A DNA stretch of 64,000 nucleotides, taken from the NCBI GenBank assembly GCA_030867685.1, contig JAQOWU010000007.1, positions 2,232,001 through 2,296,000 of the forward strand, written 5' to 3'. Shown here in pieces: positions 42,590-53,220 of this stretch. The translations under genes were made by a program, and so were the position numbers. The notes beneath the pieces were generated by a model. The model was given only the letters and a program-made list of their open reading frames with translations, was not told where the DNA came from and did no database searches. Position 1 is the stretch's first letter, and each line of letters opens with the position of its first letter. The stretch is from Wickerhamiella versatilis (lineage: Eukaryota).

Positions 42590-44830
42590 TTAAGTCAAAT
42601 CCTCTGTGTTAAAGGTCCAAGCTAGTACTCTGAAAAGAGGGTCTTCAAAATCTGGGACAGCGGTACCTGGCATACTGGGATCAACATTCCTATTAATACC
42701 AACTTCTTGAGATGACAGCACCTCTTCTTGGAATTTGTCGCGCTGTATGCTCGATAATGAATTAGTGAAGTAATCTGTATCAGCATTCCAATTGTTATCA
42801 GGAAAGAACGACCCTACCAGACTACTAGGGGTTTTGAATGATGGTTGTGAATTCTTGGGTACAAAGTCTTCCTGAGCCTGGCCTCGCAATGCCTTCCCCA
42901 GTATATCATAAAAGATATCTTTCATTTGAGATTTCGCTGGTCCCTTAGCGGCTTCTGCCATCTTATTCATGTTCTCAGTTTGAGAAAAAACCTCCCTCAC
43001 CTTATGCTCAGCAGATAAAAGTTCACTGAGCACTCTTTGCGAGATTTTTGCAGCTTGGCTACTACTTCCAACAGAATCGAGTAGTTCTATAGCACTTTTA
43101 ATGTATTCGCGACAAAAAGCAAGGTTTGATGTCGCGTCGGTCGAACAACATAGTTCAATAACTAGCGTTGTTGCTGCACCAAGAACATATAATGATGTTA
43201 ACCAATATTTGAGTACGGCAGGTGTTTTTTCAGAAATATCTTTAAGGATAAGAACAATACTCTGCGCCGCGTTCACAGAAGCAATGCGCGCAAACTTCCA
43301 CCTATCATCCTGATAACCGGCAAGTTGGAATGTACGATTTAGCCGAAGTAACCGATTATGATACATTAGCTCGAGTGTGATACTTTCCATCAAGCGGGAT
43401 TTATCATGGTCTTTTGAAAACTTAGATGTGATATCCTCAGCCCTATAGCTCAAACAAGAAGGAGTTGAGCTACGGATCTCATTATAAAGAGCAGTGTATT
43501 TCTCAACATGTTCTCTCCCAAGAGGACCGCCAGCCTTGTTAGAGTCATCAATAATATTGCGCAGTATCTCCACGTAGCGGCATGAAAAAATTAAATATAA
43601 ACTTGTAGTATACTCTTCCGGGCTCTTCGGAACAAGTTGAGATCCGTTAAAAGCACAATTTGAGGGGAGCGCTGTATGACTTTGGGAGGGGTGGATGGAG
43701 TACATTCCTCCGTTGGAAGAGGCATGAGACCAATCAAGCCAAATAAGATTCCAATAGATGCGACGGCCAACCTCCCTCTCTGTCGGTAGCGAAAAACGAG
43801 AGTGCGTGGACACTACACTTTTATCGTCAAGCATATGGCATCCAAGCCCTTGTGCTACCTTTATCGCCATTCCTAAAAAAACCCAATGGTCTCTAGAGTA
43901 CTTCTTGCGATCATGCTGGTATATGCTCATCAGAATAATACAAGACAAATGCTCTAGTTCGCCCGACCCGATAATGTCAGAGAAGAGAAGAAGCTTATAG
44001 CAGCCTTCATAAATACTATCGCAAAGTACTTGTGCCTGTGATTCACTCATTCCAATAGCTTGTAAAACACCAGGAGTAGCAAAATGAAGGCCAAGTACAA
44101 CAACAATTAAATAACAACATAAAACAGGTGGATGGCATTGCATCGCTGTATCTTCAGGTGACACCATAGCTAATCTCTGAAAGGAAATTTGGGTTCTTTC
44201 TGGATGAAGCACGCGCGTAATCCAATCAACATTGTCAAAATAATAATCGACAAGTAGCTTAGACTGCTGAGGCCCAGGAAGTAAGCGAAGAAACTGAAGT
44301 GCAACACTTCTGAATCCTTCTGAGTTTTGTGGCTGCTTAACTAGTTTCGATGGAATGCCCAGCACTGTATTTTCAATTAACGACTGAATCTGCTCTCCTA
44401 TAAATACTGGACCATCAGAATCTACTCTTCTCTTCTTTGCTGGCGATGCATCGTGTGGCATTGATCTACCTCTGGTAATTTCCTCACGTAACTCAGAGAC
44501 TGTAGATGCTAATATGCTCATATTATTAGAGGTACTCTCAAGCAAGTCTTCCAGCCTGTCTATTCGAGCATTTGAATTCTGAGGCCGAAGATTTCCAGTT
44601 CTATATTCCTCTTCTTGAGTTGAAACAGAAGAAGGGGTGGCTAACGGTGATGTCTGCCCAAGCCGAGGGTCCATCTCATCCAATAATACCGTCTGCTTGA
44701 TAGGTGTACAGTTCGATCCCTGGCCTCGCATTGAGCATTGTCCACACGGAAACGTTTTATCACATTTCGTTTTTCGCTTCCTGCATTGCACACAGCTCAA
44801 TATTTTGGCGGTCGGGCAACGTTTAGGCAT
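42590..44830 (-). CDS. Zn(II)2Cys6 transcription factor with fungal-specific middle homology domain
   Basis: CVQCRKRKTKCDKTFPCGQCSMRGQGSNC, coiled coil, A..LG.H and EREVGRRIYW motifs; first ATG at 44830. Confidence 0.93.
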   Translation of the reverse strand: MPKRCPTAKILSCVQCRKRKTKCDKTFPCGQCSMRGQGSNCTPIKQTVLLDEMDPRLGQTSPLATPSSVSTQEEEYRTGNLRPQNSNARIDRLEDLLESTSNNMSILASTVSELREEITRGRSMPHDASPAKKRRVDSDGPVFIGEQIQSLIENTVLGIPSKLVKQPQNSEGFRSVALQFLRLLPGPQQSKLLVDYYFDNVDWITRVLHPERTQISFQRLAMVSPEDTAMQCHPPVLCCYLIVVVLGLHFATPGVLQAIGMSESQAQVLCDSIYEGCYKLLLFSDIIGSGELEHLSCIILMSIYQHDRKKYSRDHWVFLGMAIKVAQGLGCHMLDDKSVVSTHSRFSLPTEREVGRRIYWNLIWLDWSHASSNGGMYSIHPSQSHTALPSNCAFNGSQLVPKSPEEYTTSLYLIFSCRYVEILRNIIDDSNKAGGPLGREHVEKYTALYNEIRSSTPSCLSYRAEDITSKFSKDHDKSRLMESITLELMYHNRLLRLNRTFQLAGYQDDRWKFARIASVNAAQSIVLILKDISEKTPAVLKYWLTSLYVLGAATTLVIELCCSTDATSNLAFCREYIKSAIELLDSVGSSSQAAKISQRVLSELLSAEHKVREVFSQTENMNKMAEAAKGPAKSQMKDIFYDILGKALRGQAQEDFVPKNSQPSFKTPSSLVGSFFPDNNWNADTDYFTNSLSSIQRDKFQEEVLSSQEVGINRNVDPSMPGTAVPDFEDPLFRVLAWTFNTEDLT

Positions 44831-45270
44831 AGCCAAATTTCCGATATATTACTAAGATAACGTTTTCTGCGTTTATCTAATGCAGTTGCGAATAGAAATA
44901 AAACTCAAGTCAATTAAGATGATAGATACCAATTTATAACGTATGATAGTTTCTCAATAGCTGGGCAAAAATTAAATGACAGGAGCATCCCAGAATATAG
45001 GGAGATGTACGACACCAACTGATCTACTTGAAACTCCCTCTAACAAGCATCAATATAACCGTACATAGAGAAACATTTTTTTTATCTCTAAAGAATGAAC
45101 ATCATTTACCCCAAGAATTAATAGAATTTGGCTGTCAACAATAAACACCGGTGTTATAGTTACGTTACCCTAGCCCTCTTACGGACTCGGACCCGCGGGC
45201 TTTGGGAGGTTATCAACCTGGTAGCGTCAAAATATTTCACCGTTACGTTAGTCACGTGTTGTTGTTGACC

Positions 45271-46944
45271 ATGAATCACAACAATAGAAGGGACGAATAT
45301 GATTCTTCCTCTGGTGAGGTTAAGGAGGCCACTCAGCCACTTAATGAGTTCGTGGTGGTCCCTGGTGAGCCATTTCCAGAAACCCCTGGTCCTCAAGAGA
45401 AATATCTTGTGACCTTTGCTGAGGATGATCCTGACAGACCCTTAAACTGGCCTATGTGGAAGCGGGTAATGATTAAAGCCATCGCAACCCTTAATATTGT
45501 AGTTGTTACTTGGGGTTCATCTGCGATATCTCCGGCTTTAGCGCCTATTTGTGAAGAGTTTCATATCGGTCAAGTGCCGGCTACTTTGACTATTTCGCTT
45601 TACGTTACAGGATTTGCCGTAGGCCCAATTGTTTGGGGTCCAGCGTCAGAAATGTTTGGTCGCCGGGTGCCATTGATCGTGGGTATGTTTGGATTTATCT
45701 GTTTTACATTCGCCACTGCCACTGCAAAGGATGTCCAGACGTTGATGCTTTCCCGTTTCTTCATGGGAGCTTTCGGAACTTGCACTCTGGTCGTTGGACC
45801 AGCAATTAGTGCAGATATCTTTACCACGTCTCAACGTGGTAAGTCCATTTCATTGGTTATTCTTGCCATTGTCTGTGGTCCAATGATAGCACCAGTGGTG
45901 AGTGCATATATCGTCAACTCATATCTTAGCTGGAGATGGACTATGTATATTACTGGCATCTTCGCTTCTCTCGCGCTCGTCCTGAAACTTCTTTTGGTAG
46001 AAGAAACCTATCCACAAGCGCATTTGCGAGCCCGTGCTGTTAAGATCCGAGCGGCTACAGGTAACTGGGCTGTTAGTGCACCTCTTGAGAATATGGAACT
46101 TGATACCAAAAATTTGATACACCGAACTATCTTGAAGCCTTTCAGAATGCTTATGGTAGAACCAATTTTGTTGCTGCTGAGCATCTATCATGGCTTTATA
46201 TACGGTATTCTTTATCTTTGCCTAATTGCTGTTCCCTTGATTTTCTCTGAAGGTTATAAATGGCACGGTGGTAACCAGTACCTTCCATATTTAGGTATGT
46301 TTGTCGGCTCCCTACTTGTTGTGCTTGTAAACCTATTTGTATTTGACAAAATGACCGAGAGAGAATTGAAGCGTAACAATGGTGACGTCCCTCCAGAAAC
46401 TCGTTTGCCCCTTATGATGATGTGTGGCGTTGCCTTTGCCATGGGTATCTTCCTTATGTGCTGGGCTGGTGCCTATCCTCAAGTTGAGGGTAAGTCCGGA
46501 GGCGCACATTGGATTGCACCAGTCATAGGTGCAGCATTGATTGGTTATGGGCTTATCGGAATTTTCCAGGCAGCTATGATCTATATTATTGATACCTATT
46601 TGCTAGTAGCAGCATCTGCTATAGCTGCAAACACCTTCCTCCGTTCAGGAATGGCTGCTGCATTCCCCCTTTTCGCCTCTGCCATGTTCCACAATCTCGG
46701 AACTCAGTGGGCAGGCACCCTCCTGGGATGTCTTGCATCCTTATTGGCCCCCGTACCATTCTGCTTTTACTTTTTCGGTAAGCAGATTCGGGCAAAATCT
46801 AAGTATGCTGCAGGTGATGATGAATTGGACCGTGAGGACCTCATGGTTGAAATCAGTGCTGACCCTGCAACAAGAAACTCGCAGGGCACTCATTCCTATA
46901 ATGATATCTCCAGAGTGAATTCCCGTGCTTCAGGGGCACTTTAA
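45271..46944 (+). CDS. MFS drug:H+ antiporter, DHA1 (Tpo1/Flr1-like, 12 TMS)
   Basis: DDPDRPLNWP, WGPASEMFGRR, SWRW, EETY, PETRL, ASAIAANTFLRS; first ATG at 45271. Confidence 0.92.
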   Translation: MNHNNRRDEYDSSSGEVKEATQPLNEFVVVPGEPFPETPGPQEKYLVTFAEDDPDRPLNWPMWKRVMIKAIATLNIVVVTWGSSAISPALAPICEEFHIGQVPATLTISLYVTGFAVGPIVWGPASEMFGRRVPLIVGMFGFICFTFATATAKDVQTLMLSRFFMGAFGTCTLVVGPAISADIFTTSQRGKSISLVILAIVCGPMIAPVVSAYIVNSYLSWRWTMYITGIFASLALVLKLLLVEETYPQAHLRARAVKIRAATGNWAVSAPLENMELDTKNLIHRTILKPFRMLMVEPILLLLSIYHGFIYGILYLCLIAVPLIFSEGYKWHGGNQYLPYLGMFVGSLLVVLVNLFVFDKMTERELKRNNGDVPPETRLPLMMMCGVAFAMGIFLMCWAGAYPQVEGKSGGAHWIAPVIGAALIGYGLIGIFQAAMIYIIDTYLLVAASAIAANTFLRSGMAAAFPLFASAMFHNLGTQWAGTLLGCLASLLAPVPFCFYFFGKQIRAKSKYAAGDDELDREDLMVEISADPATRNSQGTHSYNDISRVNSRASGAL

Positions 46945-47052
46945 GAACATAATTCATTGTTTTTGGTTCTAATTTTTTTTGTAGAAGAACCGAATAATCC
47001 AACTAGATTTTACATTTTAAGCTTGATTCGATTTAGGTCACCCGCTGTCATT

Positions 47053-48639
47053 TTAGTATTCGCTAGCATCTTCGGCGGTATGATCATCGCGTTTGTGTGC
47101 TAAGTATACTAAACGAGGCCAATCCGTTTCATGAATGAAATAGAGTGAAGCGGTATTAATAGCGAGAAGACCAGCGATAATTGCCAGCCACATTCCCTGA
47201 AGCTCAAGGTCGAGCTTGAAGGCAAGAACCACACCCAAAGGCAAGCTCAATGCATAATAACCTATTGTATTGAGATATCCACCAATGTACTGGCGGCCTT
47301 GTCCTCGTAGTATACCAGCTAACTGACAGCACATGCCATCAAACACATTCATGAGGGCAGCGAGCGGCATGACTTGAGCAGTAAGCTCTATCACCTCTTG
47401 TTCATTTGAAAATAGCCCTGCTACAGAGTATCGTGTGAAATAGAGTAGCACAGCATTATTTAGTGTGATACCTAAGCCAACTAGAATCGATACACGAGTA
47501 CAGAGCTTTGCGGCATCAATTGCACTAGCACCGATAAAGTTAGCTACACGCGTAGCTATGGCAACTGAAACTGCAAAAGGGACTTCATATGCCAAAGAAA
47601 CTACCGAGGCAAGTATTGTCTGCGCAGCAAGGACCGTGGTACCAAAGTATGAAGATCCCAGGGTCATAACCTCATAAGCGAAGAATTCAGCCTCAACCAT
47701 AATGACTCCTGGTATGGCCAAGTGAATCAAAGGACTCCAATCCTTAAAAACATCGATACTAAACCCATTCCAACACTTTTTCCCATCGATAAATAAGACA
47801 TAAGCCACAAGCAGACAGGCCAATAGCCAGTCCGTGATGGCTACAGCAATAGGTGCACCGTAGAAACCGAGACCAATTTTTTCATCCCACACAAGAAGGT
47901 AGTTGAGTGCAATGTTTATTGGGGCGCTAATAATCAAAACTAGAGTTGAAGCATGATAAATTCCCTGTGCCTGCAAAAAGCGCTTCCCACATTCAAACAA
48001 AATATATCCAGGAACTCCAATTAATGTGATACGCAGATAATTGGTGGTGAGGTTCAGAAGTTTAACTTCTTTGGAAGAGACAACATAAGGCAGTAATGCA
48101 TCCGCCCTATACCACAATAGAAATATGGGGATCATGAATACTAATGTGAGCACCACACACTTCTGAACATAGAGACCAACCAGCTTAGGCTTTCCAGCTC
48201 CATATGCCTGGGAGCAGAGGGTGTCAAGACAGGTCGCTATGCCTTGAATCATCGCAAACCCTGTGACATTTGCGGTCATGGAAGCAAGGGAAACAGCACC
48301 TAGTTCTACCTTACCAAGGTGTCCAACCGAAAAAAGTGCTGCCATTTCAAGTGAGTATTGCAGGAAGAAAGTGACTATCAGAGGTGCACTACTGCGAACA
48401 ATGAATCCGACCTCGTTCCAAGCAGATACATTACCGAGTTTTAGAAGAGCAGCTCGACTAGCTATAGGGTCCTCCTGTGCATCAATGGTTGCTCCGTGGA
48501 AATTCGCCGAATCAATGGCACTTAAGAGCTGACGCTGCTCCCCCTGTGGCGTACTACTATCAACTATCACAACATCATCTATAAGTTGTGGCGCAGGGAC
48601 CCATAAATTCACATTCTGACGGCCATAGGAGCCCACCAA
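47053..48639 (-). CDS. MATE efflux transporter (Erc1-like); start codon unresolved
   Basis: GHLGKVELGAVSL, CLDTLCSQAYGA, RFLQAQG, GILRGQGRQ..G, TDW; there is no in-frame ATG before TM1 (see findings). Confidence 0.85.
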   Translation of the reverse strand: MVGSYGRQNVNLWVPAPQLIDDVVIVDSSTPQGEQRQLLSAIDSANFHGATIDAQEDPIASRAALLKLGNVSAWNEVGFIVRSSAPLIVTFFLQYSLEMAALFSVGHLGKVELGAVSLASMTANVTGFAMIQGIATCLDTLCSQAYGAGKPKLVGLYVQKCVVLTLVFMIPIFLLWYRADALLPYVVSSKEVKLLNLTTNYLRITLIGVPGYILFECGKRFLQAQGIYHASTLVLIISAPINIALNYLLVWDEKIGLGFYGAPIAVAITDWLLACLLVAYVLFIDGKKCWNGFSIDVFKDWSPLIHLAIPGVIMVEAEFFAYEVMTLGSSYFGTTVLAAQTILASVVSLAYEVPFAVSVAIATRVANFIGASAIDAAKLCTRVSILVGLGITLNNAVLLYFTRYSVAGLFSNEQEVIELTAQVMPLAALMNVFDGMCCQLAGILRGQGRQYIGGYLNTIGYYALSLPLGVVLAFKLDLELQGMWLAIIAGLLAINTASLYFIHETDWPRLVYLAHKRDDHTAEDASEY

Positions 48640-49714
48640 AGAGTTAGCTTGTGGCTTGGGCCCGCCAGGCCGCAGCGGAATGGACCTTGGCCTAGTAGTC
48701 GGAATTGTAGTTTGGGTTAGGAAACAAAATCAGCTTAGCAAGACTTGGTTAGGTGTCTCGCTAATCATGCCGAATTAGGTGGCACATTTCATGTCTGACA
48801 ACTAGCCTGAAATTCTAAGCATCACAGTAAATATGGTTAGTTCAATGAAGAAATCAAATAGCCAATGTAAATATAAGCCCCACTAGTCAGGTACATAAAT
48901 TAGCGAGTCTGAGTAAGCATATGAACCTTGCAATCAGCCAAGACAATATTTAATATAATCGAAGAGTGAAGAGGGTATTTGAGCACTTCATCGCACTCCA
49001 GCTCAGGGGTCTTAGTTTATTTACTATGTAAGTCCTCTCTTGAAGGTACAAGCATGTACACACAGGTCCGATATTAGTAGAATACACATATGGCATTCTA
49101 ACCTACCCTATCTCTCGAAATTGGCTTAAAAATTACCATTGAAGGCCAAGGGTAATGATGTGTCTACTCTACATTCCCTTGAATAGATGCCTGACACCAA
49201 CAAGGGATGCTATTCAATGATAATTCGCTTCAAGCTACAGAGAGGAGTACTTCACTTTCGCTACTGAATTAGATACATTCTAGGTTAAACAATAAATAAG
49301 AATGCTTCATATAGAAATTGACAAGTTTTCAGCATGTTGAATATAAGCTTGATCTTCTTTTCTGAACTCGCGCTATGAACAACGGAGTATTAGTCTTCGA
49401 ATGGGCGCACTTCGTTCTTAATTTCGCACAGTTGCATAGATTCTGAGGGTCGCTAAAAGGCTCTCGTGATTCGAGAGGTTGAAAGCTTAGCTAGCCATCC
49501 TCTGTAAATTGAGATAAAGTCAGCCCACCTATCTCAGAGCATGCTCTGCCCCACATCAGTTAATTCTGCAAACCTGGTTTTTGCCTCGAGCAGAATAATA
49601 AAAAACGAGCACCGATAGCAATATTTACTATGCAGGTTAACTATGTAAGTCTATATCTGCAGATAAATTGATCTTTGCTACTATATTGCCTTGCTTAAAT
49701 CGGAGCTTACAAAA

Positions 49715-49724
49715 CTAAAAATAG
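49715..49724. promoter_or_regulatory. Rlm1/MEF2-type site upstream of the GH76 gene
   Basis: CTAAAAATAG matches CTA(A/T)4TAG, about 460 bp upstream of a DFG5/DCW1-like gene. Confidence 0.4.
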
Positions 49725-50183
49725 CTTCTTTCATTATCGCATTCTGAGGGGACAAAAGTGTGAGTTTTCATGTTTCGCACTAGTATAAAGACTTGAAACT
49801 GTAAATTAAATGCTGGATCTACGGCGCAGAGACCTATGAGCCATGGGTCCTTGGGTCCTCGAGAGGATACCCCTACCCATTCATAAAATAATTAATTACT
49901 GTATATTAATTGTTTTGAAGGACAATGAAGAAAGATAAGTGGACAATTTTACTAGCTGGTATGATCGTCTATTCCTTCTTTTGCAATGGCTGGTCTTTTT
50001 TTTAAATCTAAGTCATATTTACCTGTCGACTCATTGGCAAAATGACGCAGCTAGTTACATAGATTGACGATCGGATACGGATCCATGATTTGTCATCTCT
50101 CGCAGGAAACGAAAGAAACCTATATAACTAGGACAAGCTCTTAACGAAGTTGTTATAATTTACGAAAAAATTAAAAAAAAATC

Positions 50184-51962
50184 ATGATTTTATTTCTATT
50201 GGCTCAACTTTTGGATGTTGCTGCCATTCATCTCGACCCGAATAATACAGAAAGTATCCTGAACGGGGCAAACCTTGTCATCGAAGGTCTTCTTCCATAT
50301 TCACCATATTATCTCAATAAAAGTGGAGCTATTCCCGGTATAATGCAAGAACCGTATTATTGGTATGAATCCGGAGTAGCTTGGGGTGCGCTTCTCGATT
50401 GGTCTATAGCGAGTGGTAACACTAGCCTCGATAATTTTCTTCGCCATTCGATTGAGTACCAGTCCGGTAAGTATTGGAACTTTCTCACCGTAAATCAAAG
50501 TATGGTCGAGGCGAATGATGACCAGGTCGTTTGGGGGATGATCACCATGGACGCTGCAGAGAAGAACTTTTCTGCACCCAATTCAGAAGGTGACGATGCC
50601 TATCCCGATAACTGGCTTTATCCTGCACAAGCGATATTCAATTCTATTGTTCCGAGATGGGATACATCCCTATGCGGTGGTGGTCTGCGATGGCAAATAT
50701 ATGAATGGAATAATGGATATGATTATAAGAGCATGGTTGCCAACGGAGGGTTCTTCCAACTAGCGGCAAGATTAGCCCGTTTCACAAACAATGAAACTTA
50801 TGTTGACTGGGCCGAACGAATATATTCTTGGGCTAACGAAACCAATCTTATTAGTGCAGTCAGTCCCGATGAGGATTGGCCATACAAGATGGTTAGAGTC
50901 AGAGATGGCGTGAATGGCAAAAACAACTGTTCAGACATCGCACCTTATGAATGGACTTACGATCAGGGATTCATGATGAGTGGGTGTGCATACCTCTACA
51001 ATCACACCGGTAATCAAATCTGGCGTGACCGTCTAAGTGGTTTGTGGAGCCGCGCACAAGTGTTTTTCAGCAATGACACTCTATATGAGGCCTCTTGTAA
51101 CCCATTAAACGGCAAAGTCACATGTAACAACGATCAGAGGTGCTTTAAAGGTATATTCCTCCGTAGTCTTGGTCTTGTGATGCGCCTTGTACCTGAAACA
51201 AGGGAATGGGATGGAATGTGGAAAAAAGTTGTAACTTCTGCTGAAAAGGCCGCACAGAGCTGTTCCGGTGGTATCGACAATCATACATGTGGACTGAACT
51301 GGTTGAAGGATGGCTGGGATGGCTGGTATGGTTTAGGCGAGCAAATTAATGCGCTTGATGCTTTTAATACACTGTTAATTGATCAATATCCAGCGCCTTT
51401 CACAGCCAGCGATTTACCCCATATCTATGCAAATGACATCTCCGGACTTATCGCAGGCAATTGGTCCCTTGCCAACGACTCATCGATAGCGAATATGACC
51501 ATTTCCAACAGCTCGCTGGCGAACCTCACTGAAACCTACAATCTGACAGCATCTAACTACACAATCTCAACATCCCTTGACTTTAATACCACGAAAATCA
51601 CATTTGCCAACATATCCTTCGTTAATATCTCTTATACGAACATTTCTTTCGCGAATAACAGCTGCAATGGGACTGAATCTTCTGACTGTGTTGAGCCTAT
51701 TTATGGATTCGGCACAGCCGGATCAAATAGCACGGACATTGGAAAGTGTCTAAATTTATCTCATGTCGAGAATTGTTTGAACGAGACGTCGAACATGACA
51801 CTTTGTTTCAACGTCTCAAATCTCGAAGGTTGTCTCGGGGTAAAGGACGTCCGAACCTACGTTAACCTAACAAAACTTGAAGATTATCTGACCTCAGCAG
51901 CTAGTACCTACGACGACGAAAGCTCAGATGATGAAAAGTATGCAACAATCTCGATTGATTAG
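50184..51962 (+). CDS. GH76 mannan endo-1,6-alpha-mannosidase/transglycosidase (Dfg5/Dcw1-like) with an atypical C-terminus
   Basis: Signal peptide, PYYW..SG, catalytic NDDQ, CGGGLRWQI, NDQRCFKG, CSGG....CGL.W, GLGEQ. Confidence 0.9.
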   Translation: MILFLLAQLLDVAAIHLDPNNTESILNGANLVIEGLLPYSPYYLNKSGAIPGIMQEPYYWYESGVAWGALLDWSIASGNTSLDNFLRHSIEYQSGKYWNFLTVNQSMVEANDDQVVWGMITMDAAEKNFSAPNSEGDDAYPDNWLYPAQAIFNSIVPRWDTSLCGGGLRWQIYEWNNGYDYKSMVANGGFFQLAARLARFTNNETYVDWAERIYSWANETNLISAVSPDEDWPYKMVRVRDGVNGKNNCSDIAPYEWTYDQGFMMSGCAYLYNHTGNQIWRDRLSGLWSRAQVFFSNDTLYEASCNPLNGKVTCNNDQRCFKGIFLRSLGLVMRLVPETREWDGMWKKVVTSAEKAAQSCSGGIDNHTCGLNWLKDGWDGWYGLGEQINALDAFNTLLIDQYPAPFTASDLPHIYANDISGLIAGNWSLANDSSIANMTISNSSLANLTETYNLTASNYTISTSLDFNTTKITFANISFVNISYTNISFANNSCNGTESSDCVEPIYGFGTAGSNSTDIGKCLNLSHVENCLNETSNMTLCFNVSNLEGCLGVKDVRTYVNLTKLEDYLTSAASTYDDESSDDEKYATISID

Positions 51963-52215
51963 ATTACTTTGGCAAACTTTCCCCGTCAGTTCCCCTCATA
52001 CCGGAAGAATATCTCTAAAAATGACTGAGATCAAAGTCAAACTAGAATTTGAATACCCAATAGCATACGAACATCTTCAAACTTTAGATCATTGTAAATT
52101 CATTCTATTAAGAAAATGTCCAAATTTCCTTTAAGTTGTGTCCATCGTGATTAATCAAATCACGTGAATCGAAGTGCCCAGACTAGATCACGGTTTATAT
52201 CTTTGAGAGAGTGTA

Positions 52216-53220
52216 ATGGCAGAAAACAATACCTCGCAGAATGTAGAGAGTACTTCTTGCTGCAGTGCAGGCTCCTTCAACAAAATGGGCCCTGAAGCTG
52301 TTTCCCAGCAAGTCCATGCTGGTGCAGGTCGGGAAATTCATAGCATACAACAGGCATTGGTTCCAAGGCAGACTTTTCTAATGGGAGATGTCCATGGGGA
52401 CGGATACAGGGGAGATGGTGAAACACCAATACATCCTGTATCTTTAGATGCATTTATGATCGACTCCACAAGCGTTACCAACGCTGACTTTCAGAAGTTT
52501 GTTGATTCAACAGGATACGTGACAGAAGCAGAAGCTTTTGGTTTCTCTGCAGTGTTTCACCTTCTACTCGCTGCAGATGATAAGGATGTGATGGGTCAGC
52601 CTCCCTTGACTCCCTGGTGGCTAGGAGTGAAGGGAGCCAACTGGAAGCATCCACATGGCGGCAACTCGACAATAAAGGGTCTTGAAAGCCATCCTGTTGT
52701 TCACATTAGCTGGAATGATGCTATGGCCTATTGCAAATGGGCTGGCCGTTCGCTACCCACGGAGGCACAGTGGGAAGCAGCGTCTCGTGGTGGTAAAGAA
52801 GCACAGAGATATTCTTGGGGCAATCGATTAGATTTAACAGATGATGGGCATTGGAGGCTCAACATTTGGCAGGGTGAGTTTCCCACACATAACACTCTTG
52901 AAGATGGCTATCTTGCGACAGCACCAGTGCGTACTTTTACTCCTAATGAGTATGGTTTGTGGCAAACTTTGGGAAATGTATGGGAGTGGTGTCACGATTT
53001 TTTCTCCCCACGAACTTATTCACTTGATGCCGCTAAAGGCATAGTCCACGACCCACATGGACCTTCGAACGGAACAGCGAGAATTTTACGAGGAGGTTCA
53101 TTTCTCTGCCATGAATCCTATTGCAATCGAGCCCGTAATGCAGCCCGCTGGTCCAATACCCCTGATTCCTCGATGAGCAACGCTGGATTTCGTACAGTAT
53201 CAAATACAGTCTCTTTGTGA
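52216..53220 (+). CDS. Formylglycine-generating enzyme (FGE/SUMF1), bacterial-like, no signal peptide
   Basis: F.MG, VTNADF..FV..TGY.TEAE, PWW..V.GA.W.HP, HPVVHISWNDA.AYC.WAG..LPTEAQWE, GNVWEW, RGGSFLCHESYCNR.R (both catalytic Cys), GFR. Confidence 0.93.
   Translation: MAENNTSQNVESTSCCSAGSFNKMGPEAVSQQVHAGAGREIHSIQQALVPRQTFLMGDVHGDGYRGDGETPIHPVSLDAFMIDSTSVTNADFQKFVDSTGYVTEAEAFGFSAVFHLLLAADDKDVMGQPPLTPWWLGVKGANWKHPHGGNSTIKGLESHPVVHISWNDAMAYCKWAGRSLPTEAQWEAASRGGKEAQRYSWGNRLDLTDDGHWRLNIWQGEFPTHNTLEDGYLATAPVRTFTPNEYGLWQTLGNVWEWCHDFFSPRTYSLDAAKGIVHDPHGPSNGTARILRGGSFLCHESYCNRARNAARWSNTPDSSMSNAGFRTVSNTVSL

Noticed and set aside
48770-50180. Possible transposon or LTR remnant in the 1.4-kb intergenic region
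   Set aside because: No terminal repeats, target-site duplication or convincing transposase/RT/integrase motifs seen by eye
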